Source: Spirochaetia bacterium (GTDB lineage: Bacteria; Spirochaetota; Leptospiria; Turneriellales; JAOUFE01). From it: DNA of 47,800 nucleotides. The stretch spans positions 1 to 47,800 of the forward strand of contig JAOUFE010000001.1 of assembly GCA_029858425.1 (NCBI GenBank). The letters run 5' to 3'. The position numbers and the translations under genes are program-made. Below are positions 1 through 8,929 of this stretch, piece after piece; position 1 is the stretch's first letter; each line of letters starts with the position of its first letter. The notes under the pieces are model-generated. The model saw only the letters and a list, made by a program, of their open reading frames with translations, was not told the DNA's origin and did not search any database.

Positions 1-119
1 ATAGCTCCGCGCCAGAAGGAGCGCAGGAAACCGCAAAAGATAGCTCCGCGCCAGAAGGAGCGCAGGAAACCGCAAAAGATAGCTCCGCGCCAGAAGGAGC
101 GCAGGAAACCGCAAAAGAT
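1..119 (+). repeat. Perfect 39-bp tandem repeat, 3 copies plus a short partial 4th, in frame within the CDS (13 aa per unit)
   Basis: The unit ATAGCTCCGCGCCAGAAGGAGCGCAGGAAACCGCAAAAG occurs at 1-39, 40-78 and 79-117 with no mismatch. The window starts inside the array, so more copies may lie upstream. Confidence 0.95.
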
Positions 120-689
120 AGGGTTGCTCAGGAAGAATTACCTTCCAACGAAAGCCCCGCCGAAGAATCCAAAGAAGACGAAAAGCCTGAGCCTCCGAGA
201 CAGCAAACATCCAGAGATGAAGAAGAGGAAATAAGCGGTAAAGTTCAAGAGCCAGAAGAAGAGCTTGGAGAAGGAATTATAGAAAAGTCTTCATCGCTTT
301 CTTCACTTGAAGATAGTGAAGTCGAAGAAGATGAGGAAGAAAAGAAAAAAACTCCCGAAATTCAGGAAATTCGGGGCGTTCTGGAGTTAAAGGAACCTGA
401 GCAGGAAGATACTCCGTTTATTACCATAACTTATGATTTTAATAAAATTCCCCATCATTTTTATCTCTCCAAAGATCATCATATTCTGGAATATGCATAT
501 TATAAATATAAACCGATGCTTGTAAAGGCTCAGAGATTTATTCGGAAAAAGCAAATAACCAAGGCGCTGAACTATTACAGAGTTATCCGTGATCAGCAAA
601 TACCTGATGTAATGCGCGTCATGGTAGACAAAAACATCCAGGACATTTCAGAATACCTTGAAAAATATCTAATGGCTCGACCTGGTTAA
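1..689 (+). CDS. 3' part of a gene for an acidic repeat-containing protein of unknown function (5' end lies outside the window; codons start at nt 3)
   Basis: Frame 3 is open from nt 3 to TAA at 687-689. It is absent from the ORF track because it has no in-window start. Translation is (SSAPEGAQETAKD)x3, then an E/K/S/P-rich acidic stretch, then a non-repetitive C-terminal part (...PFITITYDFNKIPHHFYLSKDHHILEYAYYKYKPMLVKAQRF...). The stop overlaps the next start (TAATG). Confidence 0.7.
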   Translation, partial: SSAPEGAQETAKDSSAPEGAQETAKDSSAPEGAQETAKDRVAQEELPSNESPAEESKEDEKPEPPRQQTSRDEEEEISGKVQEPEEELGEGIIEKSSSLSSLEDSEVEEDEEEKKKTPEIQEIRGVLELKEPEQEDTPFITITYDFNKIPHHFYLSKDHHILEYAYYKYKPMLVKAQRFIRKKQITKALNYYRVIRDQQIPDVMRVMVDKNIQDISEYLEKYLMARPG

Positions 690-1483
690 TGAATTATCAA
701 AATTTTATTTTTCCGGTATTTTACGGATTCCTTTTTTCCAGCATAGCATCGTTTGCCAGGGTTTTCACACAACGCGCTAGAATGGCCTTTTATGAGAGTA
801 GCCGAAAAAAAATCAATGACAAATGGAAGTTTATACTTTCAGGAAGATCCAGATGCGATCATTGCCAGGAAATCATAGCTCCGGTATATTTAATACCCAT
901 TCTCGGTTATATTATCGCAAGAGGAAAATGCTCTCGTTGCAGCTCCAAAATTTCCAAAAATTACATTATAGAAGAAGTTTTGGCATTTATGTACGGATTT
1001 ATTTTTTATAATTTGAATAGCGCAGCGATGCCGCGGCTTGTGATTATGCCATTATATTTTTTTATATGTTATTATATTTCCAAAATAGACTTCTATTATT
1101 TTTTAATACCCGGCGAATCCCTTCTCTCTTTTGCCGCATTATCGGTTTTTGAATATATATATATTTTCCATTATCCGGATTTAATCTTGTCTCTGAGTAT
1201 TCCGCTTACCTGGTTTGCATTGCTGCATCTGGTCAACTATCTGATGCCAGGAAAACTTGGATTGGCGGATATTCATTTAATTTTAATTCTCACCTTTGCA
1301 TCCGGATACCCCCACTCTATTCATCTTCCGAGCCTGGCTTCTTTTGTAGCTATTCCCTATTTTTTCATTAAAAACAAAAATATGCCCTGGAAGGATGCCA
1401 GAAAAACAAAAATTCCTTTTGGGCTTTATTTATCCCTTGCCTTCCTGTTGCTGAAATTAATTCCGATGTCTGATATATTTTAA
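689..1483 (+). CDS. Prepilin (type IV leader) peptidase-like, A24 family membrane aspartyl protease
   Basis: N-terminal CxxC...CxxC module (CDHCQEIIAPVYLIPILGYIIARGKCSRCSSKISKNYIIEEV) is typical of PilD-type peptidases. The protein is polytopic and hydrophobic. Candidate catalytic Asp motifs are SKIDFYYFLIP and GLADIHLILIL. Confidence 0.75.
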   Translation: MNYQNFIFPVFYGFLFSSIASFARVFTQRARMAFYESSRKKINDKWKFILSGRSRCDHCQEIIAPVYLIPILGYIIARGKCSRCSSKISKNYIIEEVLAFMYGFIFYNLNSAAMPRLVIMPLYFFICYYISKIDFYYFLIPGESLLSFAALSVFEYIYIFHYPDLILSLSIPLTWFALLHLVNYLMPGKLGLADIHLILILTFASGYPHSIHLPSLASFVAIPYFFIKNKNMPWKDARKTKIPFGLYLSLAFLLLKLIPMSDIF

Positions 1484-1488
1484 ACCAT

Positions 1489-2856
1489 ATGACATCGAAT
1501 ATAAGAAACCTGGATCATACTACGGAAATGGATCTTACGGCCAATATCCCCCCTATATTTCTGAAAGCGGCGCTATATGTTGAAAAAATTCTTCTTCAAA
1601 AAGGATTTGAAGTCTATCTTGTAGGGGGTTCGGTACGAGATCTTCTTTTAAATAAAAAAATATCGGATCTTGATTTTACGACCAACGCCCATCCCGATGA
1701 AGTCAAAAAAGTGTTTCCAAGGACGATACCTGTCGGGGAACAATTTGGCACCATACTTGTCATGTTTCATCATATCCCGATTGAATTAACAACCTATCGC
1801 AGCGAGGGCGTTTACAAAGACGGCAGGCGTCCTGAATCTGTTACTTTTGGCAAATCGCTTTATGAAGATGTGATTCGCCGGGATTTTACAATAAATGGGC
1901 TTGCCTATCAGATTTCCAGCAAACTGCTGATTGATTATGTGGGAGGCCGAAAAGATTTAAAGGCGGGAATCATAAGAACCATCGGCGATCCGGAAGAGCG
2001 GTTTCAGGAAGATGGTCTGCGCCCCATTCGAGGATGTAGAATCATGGCGAATCTGGGATTTAATCTTGAAATCGACACAGAAAAAGCAATGAGTAAAACC
2101 CTTGATATTATCAGCAAAATTGCCCCGGAGCGATTTTATGATGAATGGAGAAAAACGCTTAAAATTCGGCAAAAACATCAGTATTGGAATATTTTAAAAA
2201 AAACCGGTATTTTTCAGTTATTTTTCGGAGAATTTCAAGGGTTATTGAACAATGAAACGAGGTGGAATAATCTTTTGTTTTGTATTGAACATTCCATGCC
2301 GCGCAATATGGCGATTTACACAGCGCATTTTTTTTATCAGGAGATGTGCCAGGAAGACCGCTACGAGATTCTGGACAAAGAAGCATTAAGAAGTGTATTA
2401 AAAGATTTTTATAAGCGCAACCGGTTTCCAGCCAAGATTCAAAAGCAATGTACGGGGCTGTTAACATCGCCCATACTGGGAGTACTCGATGCTTCTCAGG
2501 GATCTGCTCTCAATATTTTGAGTTTAAAAAAGGCTTTAAGTAAAATTGCCTTTAATGACTGGTTTCTTCATCTACGGTTTATCAAGGAAATACTATATAG
2601 ACATTATATCAATAAACCGGATGAACTTGTGAATATTATGAATCAAATCATTCATACCATCCGCAAATATCGCAAAAAACAATTTGCCTTGTATTTATCT
2701 GAACTAAAAATAGACGGAGACGATATTTCAAGAATGGGTGTTCATGGCGTAAAAATTGGACAATTACTTCAACAATCTCTTGATTTTGTTATCCAATACC
2801 CTGACAAAAACAATCCTGCCGATCTAAAAAATTTTATGAGACACCATCTTGAATAG
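1489..2856 (+). CDS. cca: Class II tRNA nucleotidyltransferase / poly(A) polymerase family protein (CCA-adding type, no HD domain)
   Basis: Head-domain motifs GGSVRDLLL...DLDF, RRDFTINGLAY and FQEDGLRPIRGCR. Confidence 0.8.
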   Translation: MTSNIRNLDHTTEMDLTANIPPIFLKAALYVEKILLQKGFEVYLVGGSVRDLLLNKKISDLDFTTNAHPDEVKKVFPRTIPVGEQFGTILVMFHHIPIELTTYRSEGVYKDGRRPESVTFGKSLYEDVIRRDFTINGLAYQISSKLLIDYVGGRKDLKAGIIRTIGDPEERFQEDGLRPIRGCRIMANLGFNLEIDTEKAMSKTLDIISKIAPERFYDEWRKTLKIRQKHQYWNILKKTGIFQLFFGEFQGLLNNETRWNNLLFCIEHSMPRNMAIYTAHFFYQEMCQEDRYEILDKEALRSVLKDFYKRNRFPAKIQKQCTGLLTSPILGVLDASQGSALNILSLKKALSKIAFNDWFLHLRFIKEILYRHYINKPDELVNIMNQIIHTIRKYRKKQFALYLSELKIDGDDISRMGVHGVKIGQLLQQSLDFVIQYPDKNNPADLKNFMRHHLE

Positions 2857-2862
2857 ACTTTA

Positions 2863-2956
2863 GTGTCTGCCAGGAACTTCGATATTCACGTCAAAATGTA
2901 ATAAAACGCGCTAATTTAAATCATTCTGACTGAATTTCGAGTTCCTGCATGAGCTC
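2863..2956 (+). repeat. Palindromic intergenic element, copy A (minimal form)
   Basis: Arms 2873-2898 (GGAACTTCGATATTCACGTCAAAATG) and 2922-2945 (CATTCTGACTGAATTTCGAGTTCC) are imperfect reverse complements. The element fills the whole convergent gap between the cca stop (2856) and the DUF2892-like stop (2958). Related copies are at 18081, 29163, 39313 and 40467. Confidence 0.7.
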
Positions 2957-2957
2957 T

Positions 2958-3194
2958 TTAGCGGGATGTTTTTTTACTTTTTCGCCCACGCACTCCATAT
3001 AAAGGACAATAGTTAATAAAACCTGTGGTAAGAGGCAATAATCCGATCAAGGCAATTGTTACTCCCATCAATTCTCCATTTTTACCGCCAAAGTAAAAAA
3101 GACCAATACCCACAAGCATAAACCCTGCTGCTATTCGAATCAATCTTTCTCTGGAACCCATTGTTTTTCTGATTTCTTCGCCTATTGTATTCAT
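2958..3194 (-). CDS. Small membrane protein, DUF2892/YgaP-like
   Basis: Two hydrophobic helices (RIAAGFMLVGIGLFYF, VTIALIGLLPLTTGFINYCPLY). I prefer the internal ATG at 3192-3194 (MNTIGEE...) because the longer track ORF (to 3263) would overlap the mfd 3' end. Confidence 0.6.
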   Translation of the reverse strand: MNTIGEEIRKTMGSRERLIRIAAGFMLVGIGLFYFGGKNGELMGVTIALIGLLPLTTGFINYCPLYGVRGRKSKKTSR

Positions 3195-3237
3195 AACTAC
3201 ATAATACTTTTTTTTATTATACGGGACAACAATATTT

Positions 3238-6200
3238 TTAGAGAAGAAATTCCAGCACGGCATTTATTTCCCGCAGACTTTCTCCTGTATTTTTAGAATT
3301 GGGAATAAAATTCATCTGTCTGGGGTTTTTACTGTCCGGGAAAAATCTTTTATCGTTTTGAATAAGTTTTACAACTCTCTGCATATCGAGGTTCAATGTC
3401 GGCGAGGCTGTAAGAGATATTACTGAATTTTGAACAACAATTTTTTCAAACCGGAGCTTCTTGCCTGCGAGCCTGAGTTTTTCCTGATAAAACATGGATT
3501 CTACGGTTTCCGGCGGTTTCCCGAATCTGTCAGATATTTCCAGAGTTAAATCATCCATTTCGTTAAAGCTCGTCACAGACGTGAGTTTTTTATAAAACTC
3601 CATTTTTTGACGAATATCGGAAATATAGTCATCCGGAATATAATAATCCTGGGGAACAATAACAGCGCATTCAAAGTCTTCTGCTTTTACTTCATTTTTT
3701 AACTCGGCCAGTTTTTCATGAAGCATATTTACATATAGCTCAAAGCCAACCGCCATAATATCCCCGCTCTGCTCGGCGCCAAGTATATTGCCCGCTCCGC
3801 GTATTTCTAGATCTTTCATGGCAATTTTAAATCCATCCCCCAGCCCATCATATTCCATAAGCGTATTTAAACGTTTCTGCGACTTTTCGGTCATCACCTG
3901 CGCCGGAGGATAGAAAAAATAGGCATAAGCCTGCCTGTCTGACCGCCCAACGCGCCCCTTAATCTGGTAGAGTTGACTAAGACCAAAGTTTTGTGAATTT
4001 AGCACGATGAGCGTATTTGCATCTGGAAGATCGATACCAGATTCAATAATTGTAGTAGACAGGAGAACATGAAACTTCTTGCTGTAAAAATCCAGCGTTC
4101 GCGTCTCAATTTCATCTTCTGTCATCTGGCCGTGAAGGACAAGAATATCCGCCTCCGGTACCAGGTTTTTTATTCGCGCTGCCTGTATCTCAATTGTTTG
4201 AACCTTGTTATGTAGAATAATTACCTGTCCATCCCTTTCAAGCTCCTTCTTTATGGCTCTGATTAACAAATCGTCGTTGTCTTCGAGAACATAGGTTTCT
4301 GTCTTGAGACGATTCCTCGGAGGAGTTTCAATAATCGAAAGATCGCGGATACCAACCATAGACATTTGCAATGTCCTGGGGATGGGGGTAGCTGTCATGG
4401 TCAGACAGTCTACATTGGCTTTAAAATTTTTTATATGCTCTTTGTGCTTTACGCCAAACCTTTGCTCTTCATCCACTACCAGGAGTCCCAGATTTTTCCA
4501 ATGCATTTGTTTGTTTAATACCGCGTGAGTTCCGATTACAATATCAACCTCGCCGTTTTTTATATCATTTTTTATTTTTGTCAACTCCGATGAAGTTTTA
4601 AAGCGGCTCATCATTTCAATTTTAACAGGATAATTCTCGAATCTTTTGCAAAAGTTGTTATAATGCTGAAAGGCAAGGATCGTAGTCGGGCATAAGATAC
4701 AAACCTGACGCCCGGCCATTACCGCCTTAAATGCAGCTCTGATCGCAATTTCTGTTTTTCCAAACCCCACGTCGCCGCAAATCAGCCTGTCCATTGGACG
4801 CTCAGACTCCATATCTTTTTTCACCTCATGAATAGCCTGAAGCTGGTGCTCTGTTTCTTCAAAAGGAAATGCGGCTTCAAATTCTTCCTGAAAGCGGCTA
4901 TCGGATGGATAAATAATCCCCCGGGCATTTTCACGTCTGGCATAAATCTCCAGCAGTTCAAGCGCCATTTTTTGAAGAGATTCACTTACCTTGCTTTTTG
5001 TTTTACTCCATCCCGATTTTTTCCCAAGATGATCCAGTACCGGCGTATCTGTTGAGCCTATATACTTGTGCACAAAGTGCAGTTGCTCAATAGGCACATA
5101 AAGTTTGTTTTTTTCGGAATACTCAATTTCTATAAAGTCCCGTTCAAAACCAGCAACACTCATCCTGCGCAATGCTTTAAATTGGCCTATACCATAATTG
5201 ATATGAACCACATAGTCGCCGCTTTTTAAATCGGAAAAACTGGAAATTGCCGATGTGGCGCTTTTTTGTATTTTATTTATCCTTGAAGATTTCCCAAATA
5301 AATCTTTTTCGGTAATTAATACAAAGGTTCTGGTTTCAAACCCGGTATCAAACGGAGCCTCAATTACATATAAATCCGCCAAGCCGGAACCATACCCAGA
5401 CAAAATATGCTGCAAGCGATCCAACTGAATTTTGCTTTTAACGCTAATAAATATTTTCTTTTGCTGAAATGCACCTTTTTTTACATCGTCAATCAAACCG
5501 GAAACCCTGCCCTTGTACACAGGAGAATGCCGCATCTCCAAATTCGTTTCATCCGGACTTTTTGCAGGATTTCCGGACATTTTTTTAGGAAGAACAGAAA
5601 GCTTCATACGTCTGGAAATGATGTTTTGAAACTCATCGGAAGATAAAAATAATTCATTTTTATCCAGCATAATTTTCTTTTCGCTGCGATTTCTTAAAAA
5701 AACAATTTCATCTTCAATTTTATTAAGACGCTCCAGAATTCTTTCATCTTCCCAGGAAAGCAATATACTGGAATGGTCTGGTGATTTTTCTTTTCCCTCT
5801 TTAAGGAAATCCAAAAAGGAACTTGTTTTGTATATCAAGGGAAAAATATCCCATAAACCTCCAGATTCCCGCTCGTCCATTTCCCTTGTGGAAATTATGG
5901 GCGGAATCATAAAATCTTTTCCCCTGAAGAAAGCGAAAAGCTCATTGCCGAGTTTTTCCAAATCTTTTTCGTTAATGGTCAAGTCATGGCATGGAAATAT
6001 ATTTGCTTCCTGAAGACTTTGCATCGATTTCTGGGTGTCTGGATCAAACATGACTATTCTCTCCAGATCATCGCCAAAAAAATCCAGCCTGACCGGATTC
6101 AAGTAAAGAGGAGAGAAAATATCCACGATATTTCCCTTGACGCAATATTGTCCGTAATTCTGAACAATATCAGTTTTTTCATAACCCATATCGGTCAAGA

Positions 6201-6792
6201 AACCGGATAATAAATTAAAATCGTACTTTTCAAAAAGATTAAATTTCAGAGCCTTCTCTTCAAAAGAATTTCTATCGGGAATTTTTTGTACGAGGGCATC
6301 GACTGATGTTATAATTATTTTTTTTTTATTATCTGAAAGAATATTGGATAATGTTCGCGCTCTTTCGGCCTCTTTTCGCGAATCCGGTTTTGAATATGTA
6401 AAGGGAAGAATACCCCACGAAGGGAAAAAAAATATATTGCCCGAGTCGCCTTGAACAGGTTCGCCTGAAATATTATTCTGCAAATATACAAGCTCCTCAT
6501 ACAATCGGGAAGCTGAAAGATCATCCACCGTCAGGAAAACAAGATTTTCATGAGGAATTTTTAAAAAGTTTTGGAAAATATAATATAAAAAAAAGGAAAT
6601 GGATCCTTCCAGTATTCCACTAATCCAGTTTTGATCGCTCAAGCGGTTTGAAACAACTTCATTTATGAGATATTTTATTGTTTCAAAATCTTTTTTAAAT
6701 TCACGATCAAAATATGTATATAATAACTTAATGGAGTCCGTTGAGATATGTTCGGAAGATTTTACTGGAGATCTGTCTTTTTTTTCCGGCAT
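3238..6792 (-). CDS. mfd: Transcription-repair coupling factor Mfd
   Basis: 1184 aa. CarD/TRCF motif GDYVVHINYGIGQF, helicase Walker A GDVGFGKTE, and VDEEQRFGV. Confidence 0.95.
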   Translation of the reverse strand: MPEKKDRSPVKSSEHISTDSIKLLYTYFDREFKKDFETIKYLINEVVSNRLSDQNWISGILEGSISFFLYYIFQNFLKIPHENLVFLTVDDLSASRLYEELVYLQNNISGEPVQGDSGNIFFFPSWGILPFTYSKPDSRKEAERARTLSNILSDNKKKIIITSVDALVQKIPDRNSFEEKALKFNLFEKYDFNLLSGFLTDMGYEKTDIVQNYGQYCVKGNIVDIFSPLYLNPVRLDFFGDDLERIVMFDPDTQKSMQSLQEANIFPCHDLTINEKDLEKLGNELFAFFRGKDFMIPPIISTREMDERESGGLWDIFPLIYKTSSFLDFLKEGKEKSPDHSSILLSWEDERILERLNKIEDEIVFLRNRSEKKIMLDKNELFLSSDEFQNIISRRMKLSVLPKKMSGNPAKSPDETNLEMRHSPVYKGRVSGLIDDVKKGAFQQKKIFISVKSKIQLDRLQHILSGYGSGLADLYVIEAPFDTGFETRTFVLITEKDLFGKSSRINKIQKSATSAISSFSDLKSGDYVVHINYGIGQFKALRRMSVAGFERDFIEIEYSEKNKLYVPIEQLHFVHKYIGSTDTPVLDHLGKKSGWSKTKSKVSESLQKMALELLEIYARRENARGIIYPSDSRFQEEFEAAFPFEETEHQLQAIHEVKKDMESERPMDRLICGDVGFGKTEIAIRAAFKAVMAGRQVCILCPTTILAFQHYNNFCKRFENYPVKIEMMSRFKTSSELTKIKNDIKNGEVDIVIGTHAVLNKQMHWKNLGLLVVDEEQRFGVKHKEHIKNFKANVDCLTMTATPIPRTLQMSMVGIRDLSIIETPPRNRLKTETYVLEDNDDLLIRAIKKELERDGQVIILHNKVQTIEIQAARIKNLVPEADILVLHGQMTEDEIETRTLDFYSKKFHVLLSTTIIESGIDLPDANTLIVLNSQNFGLSQLYQIKGRVGRSDRQAYAYFFYPPAQVMTEKSQKRLNTLMEYDGLGDGFKIAMKDLEIRGAGNILGAEQSGDIMAVGFELYVNMLHEKLAELKNEVKAEDFECAVIVPQDYYIPDDYISDIRQKMEFYKKLTSVTSFNEMDDLTLEISDRFGKPPETVESMFYQEKLRLAGKKLRFEKIVVQNSVISLTASPTLNLDMQRVVKLIQNDKRFFPDSKNPRQMNFIPNSKNTGESLREINAVLEFLL

Positions 6793-6798
6793 GATACT

Positions 6799-7332
6799 CT
6801 AATGGCGCTTCTTTTTCTGCATATAATATGTTCTTTTAAAATTTAATCCATCCTTTCCGCCTGAAAGTAGAATCTTCTGCCTTGCCGCAATCTGCCTGTA
6901 TGCTTCGTATGCTACTACGGATACAGCATTTGCCAGATTTAACGATCGAACCCCTTCTCCCCACATGGGAATGCTTACGCTATAATTCAGAAAATTTATC
7001 AGCTTTGGCGGAAGTCCCCTGGTTTCATTTCCGAAAAGCAATATATCATCTTCCAAAAAGGTAAAGTCCCAATACCGGACAGGCGATGCCTTCGTAACGG
7101 AAATGATTCTACGCAATTTATACTTGCTGAAATAATTTTTAAAGGATGAAAAATGTTCAAAACTTAACTTGTCCCAATGGTCCAATCCGGCTCTCCTGAG
7201 ATCAGCCTGATTCCATTTTATGGGCGTCTTGCCGACAATGTGGAGATCGCAATCAAGAGCTACGCATAAACGGGCAATATTGCCTGTATTGGGAGGAATT
7301 TGGGGTTTATAAAGCGCAATGGAAATCATCAA
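6799..7332 (-). CDS. trmL: tRNA (cytidine/uridine-2'-O-)-methyltransferase TrmL (SpoU family)
   Basis: IALYKPQIPPNTGNIARLC, FGNETRGLP and SLNLANAVSVVAYEAYRQ match the TrmL pattern. Confidence 0.85.
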   Translation of the reverse strand: MMISIALYKPQIPPNTGNIARLCVALDCDLHIVGKTPIKWNQADLRRAGLDHWDKLSFEHFSSFKNYFSKYKLRRIISVTKASPVRYWDFTFLEDDILLFGNETRGLPPKLINFLNYSVSIPMWGEGVRSLNLANAVSVVAYEAYRQIAARQKILLSGGKDGLNFKRTYYMQKKKRH

Positions 7333-7342
7333 TAAATCAATA

Positions 7343-7969
7343 CTATTCTATTTTTTCAAATATTTTTTCTTTTTGATTATAGTTGTAAACAGTTCCGGTT
7401 TCAATTTCGTAATACCAGCCCAAAATATTTAACTGTCCATTAGAAAACCGCTCTTCAACCAGAGGGTAAGTTAAAAGATTATTCATTTGTTCTATTATAT
7501 TTTCTTCCTCAACAAGCCACTCATAATCATTTTTAATATCGAAATCTTTTACAATGGATTCAGCTTTGATTTTGGCATTTTTAACCAGTTCAAGCCATTT
7601 CTTTGTATGGGGGATTTTATCTAATTCTTCGTCATTAAGATACAACGCTTTACAGCCTCCACAATTGGAATGACCGCAGACAATTATATTTTTTACATCT
7701 AAAATAATTAGCGCGTATTCAATCGCCGATGTTGTTGACAAGTATTCTGAAGAGGCGCGATAATACGGAACCACATTGGCAATATTTCGGACTACAAACA
7801 AGTCTCCGGGAAGACTTTTGGTAATCAACCCAGGCACAACGCGCGAATCTGAACAACCAATAAACAAGGTATGCGGTTTTTGAACAGTACCAAGTTTTCT
7901 AAACAACTCTTTGTTTTTTTCAAAATCATTTTTACTGAATTCCTTTACTCCATCAAACAAAAATTCCAT
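7343..7969 (-). CDS. Beta-class carbonic anhydrase
   Basis: Zinc-ligand motifs CSDSRV and GHSNCGG. Confidence 0.85.
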   Translation of the reverse strand: MEFLFDGVKEFSKNDFEKNKELFRKLGTVQKPHTLFIGCSDSRVVPGLITKSLPGDLFVVRNIANVVPYYRASSEYLSTTSAIEYALIILDVKNIIVCGHSNCGGCKALYLNDEELDKIPHTKKWLELVKNAKIKAESIVKDFDIKNDYEWLVEEENIIEQMNNLLTYPLVEERFSNGQLNILGWYYEIETGTVYNYNQKEKIFEKIE

Positions 7970-8064
7970 TGAAAGTCCTTAATATATTATAATTTTTCAT
8001 TCGCACATTTTAAAACATACTCTTTAAAATATCGGAGCAACTGCCCGATCCGGCATAGAATCTG

Positions 8065-8928
8065 CTATTTATTTCGTGATCGCCTGTCAATCCATTGTAT
8101 TAAATCTTTAAATACCTGCTGATTGTTTTTTTCATTGTAAATTTCATGGTAAAGATTATCATAAATAATCAGAGTCTTGTCTATGCTTCCGCAATTTTCA
8201 TAAAATTGAATCGTTCCTTCGGGATTTGAAATTCCATCGCTGGCGCCGTGGGTCATCAAAACCGGAATTTTCATTTCAGATGCATGCTCCAGGCACCATT
8301 GCCCTTTTTTGACTATTTCATCGGCAACCGAAATTTTAATTTTACCATGAACTAACGGATCATTCTTGTAGGCTTGAACCGTCTCTAAATCATGCGATAT
8401 ATATTTTAAATTCAAACCAACATTGGCTCTTATTTCGGGCATAAATCTGGTCACAAGATTTCCAATGGCGCGTTTTATTCTTGTAACTGGAGTAAACTGA
8501 AAAGCCAAAAGCGATCCGTTGACAATTAGCGCCCGGATATTGCGTTCATTCTTTGATTCAAGACAATACGAAAGAGCTATCAAACCGCCAAGGGAATGTC
8601 CAAGCAAGAAAGGCTTCTCCATTTTATACTTTTTTTGTACATAAGCTATAAATGATTGCAAGTCTTTTACAAAAGAATCAAAAGCTGGCCCCGCTCCGCG
8701 AATGCCTTTTGACAGACCGTGACCCCGCATGTCAAAAATAAACAAAGAATATCCGGTATTCTCAAAACTGTCCAATACATTCTGGTAACGCCCGGAATGT
8801 TCGCCAAATCCATGCTGGATTACAATACATTTTTTTGGAGAATATTTTTTACTTATATAAGCGCGATAATGCAAATCTAAACGATCTACGCTTGAATTAA
8901 AATTTCCAGTTATCATTTTAAAGGCCAT
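8065..8928 (-). CDS. Alpha/beta hydrolase (lysophospholipase / monoacylglycerol-lipase-like)
   Basis: HGFGEHSGRY and nucleophile elbow GHSLGG. Start is placed at the ATG at 8926-8928 (MAFKMITG...), which avoids the 32-nt overlap of the track ORF with the upstream gene. Confidence 0.75.
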   Translation of the reverse strand: MAFKMITGNFNSSVDRLDLHYRAYISKKYSPKKCIVIQHGFGEHSGRYQNVLDSFENTGYSLFIFDMRGHGLSKGIRGAGPAFDSFVKDLQSFIAYVQKKYKMEKPFLLGHSLGGLIALSYCLESKNERNIRALIVNGSLLAFQFTPVTRIKRAIGNLVTRFMPEIRANVGLNLKYISHDLETVQAYKNDPLVHGKIKISVADEIVKKGQWCLEHASEMKIPVLMTHGASDGISNPEGTIQFYENCGSIDKTLIIYDNLYHEIYNEKNNQQVFKDLIQWIDRRSRNK

Positions 8929-8929
8929 A

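Noticed and set aside
1-119. Could the 39-bp repeat be a CRISPR array?
   Set aside because: The units are contiguous with no spacers. They lie in an open reading frame that continues to 689, and no cas genes are nearby. It is a coding tandem repeat.
7981-8012. dif-like XerC/D site (minus strand TGTGCGAATGA-AAAATT-ATAATATATTA)
   Set aside because: Only the XerC-arm-like half resembles the consensus (about 8/11). The normally better conserved XerD arm (TTATGTTAAAT) does not match.
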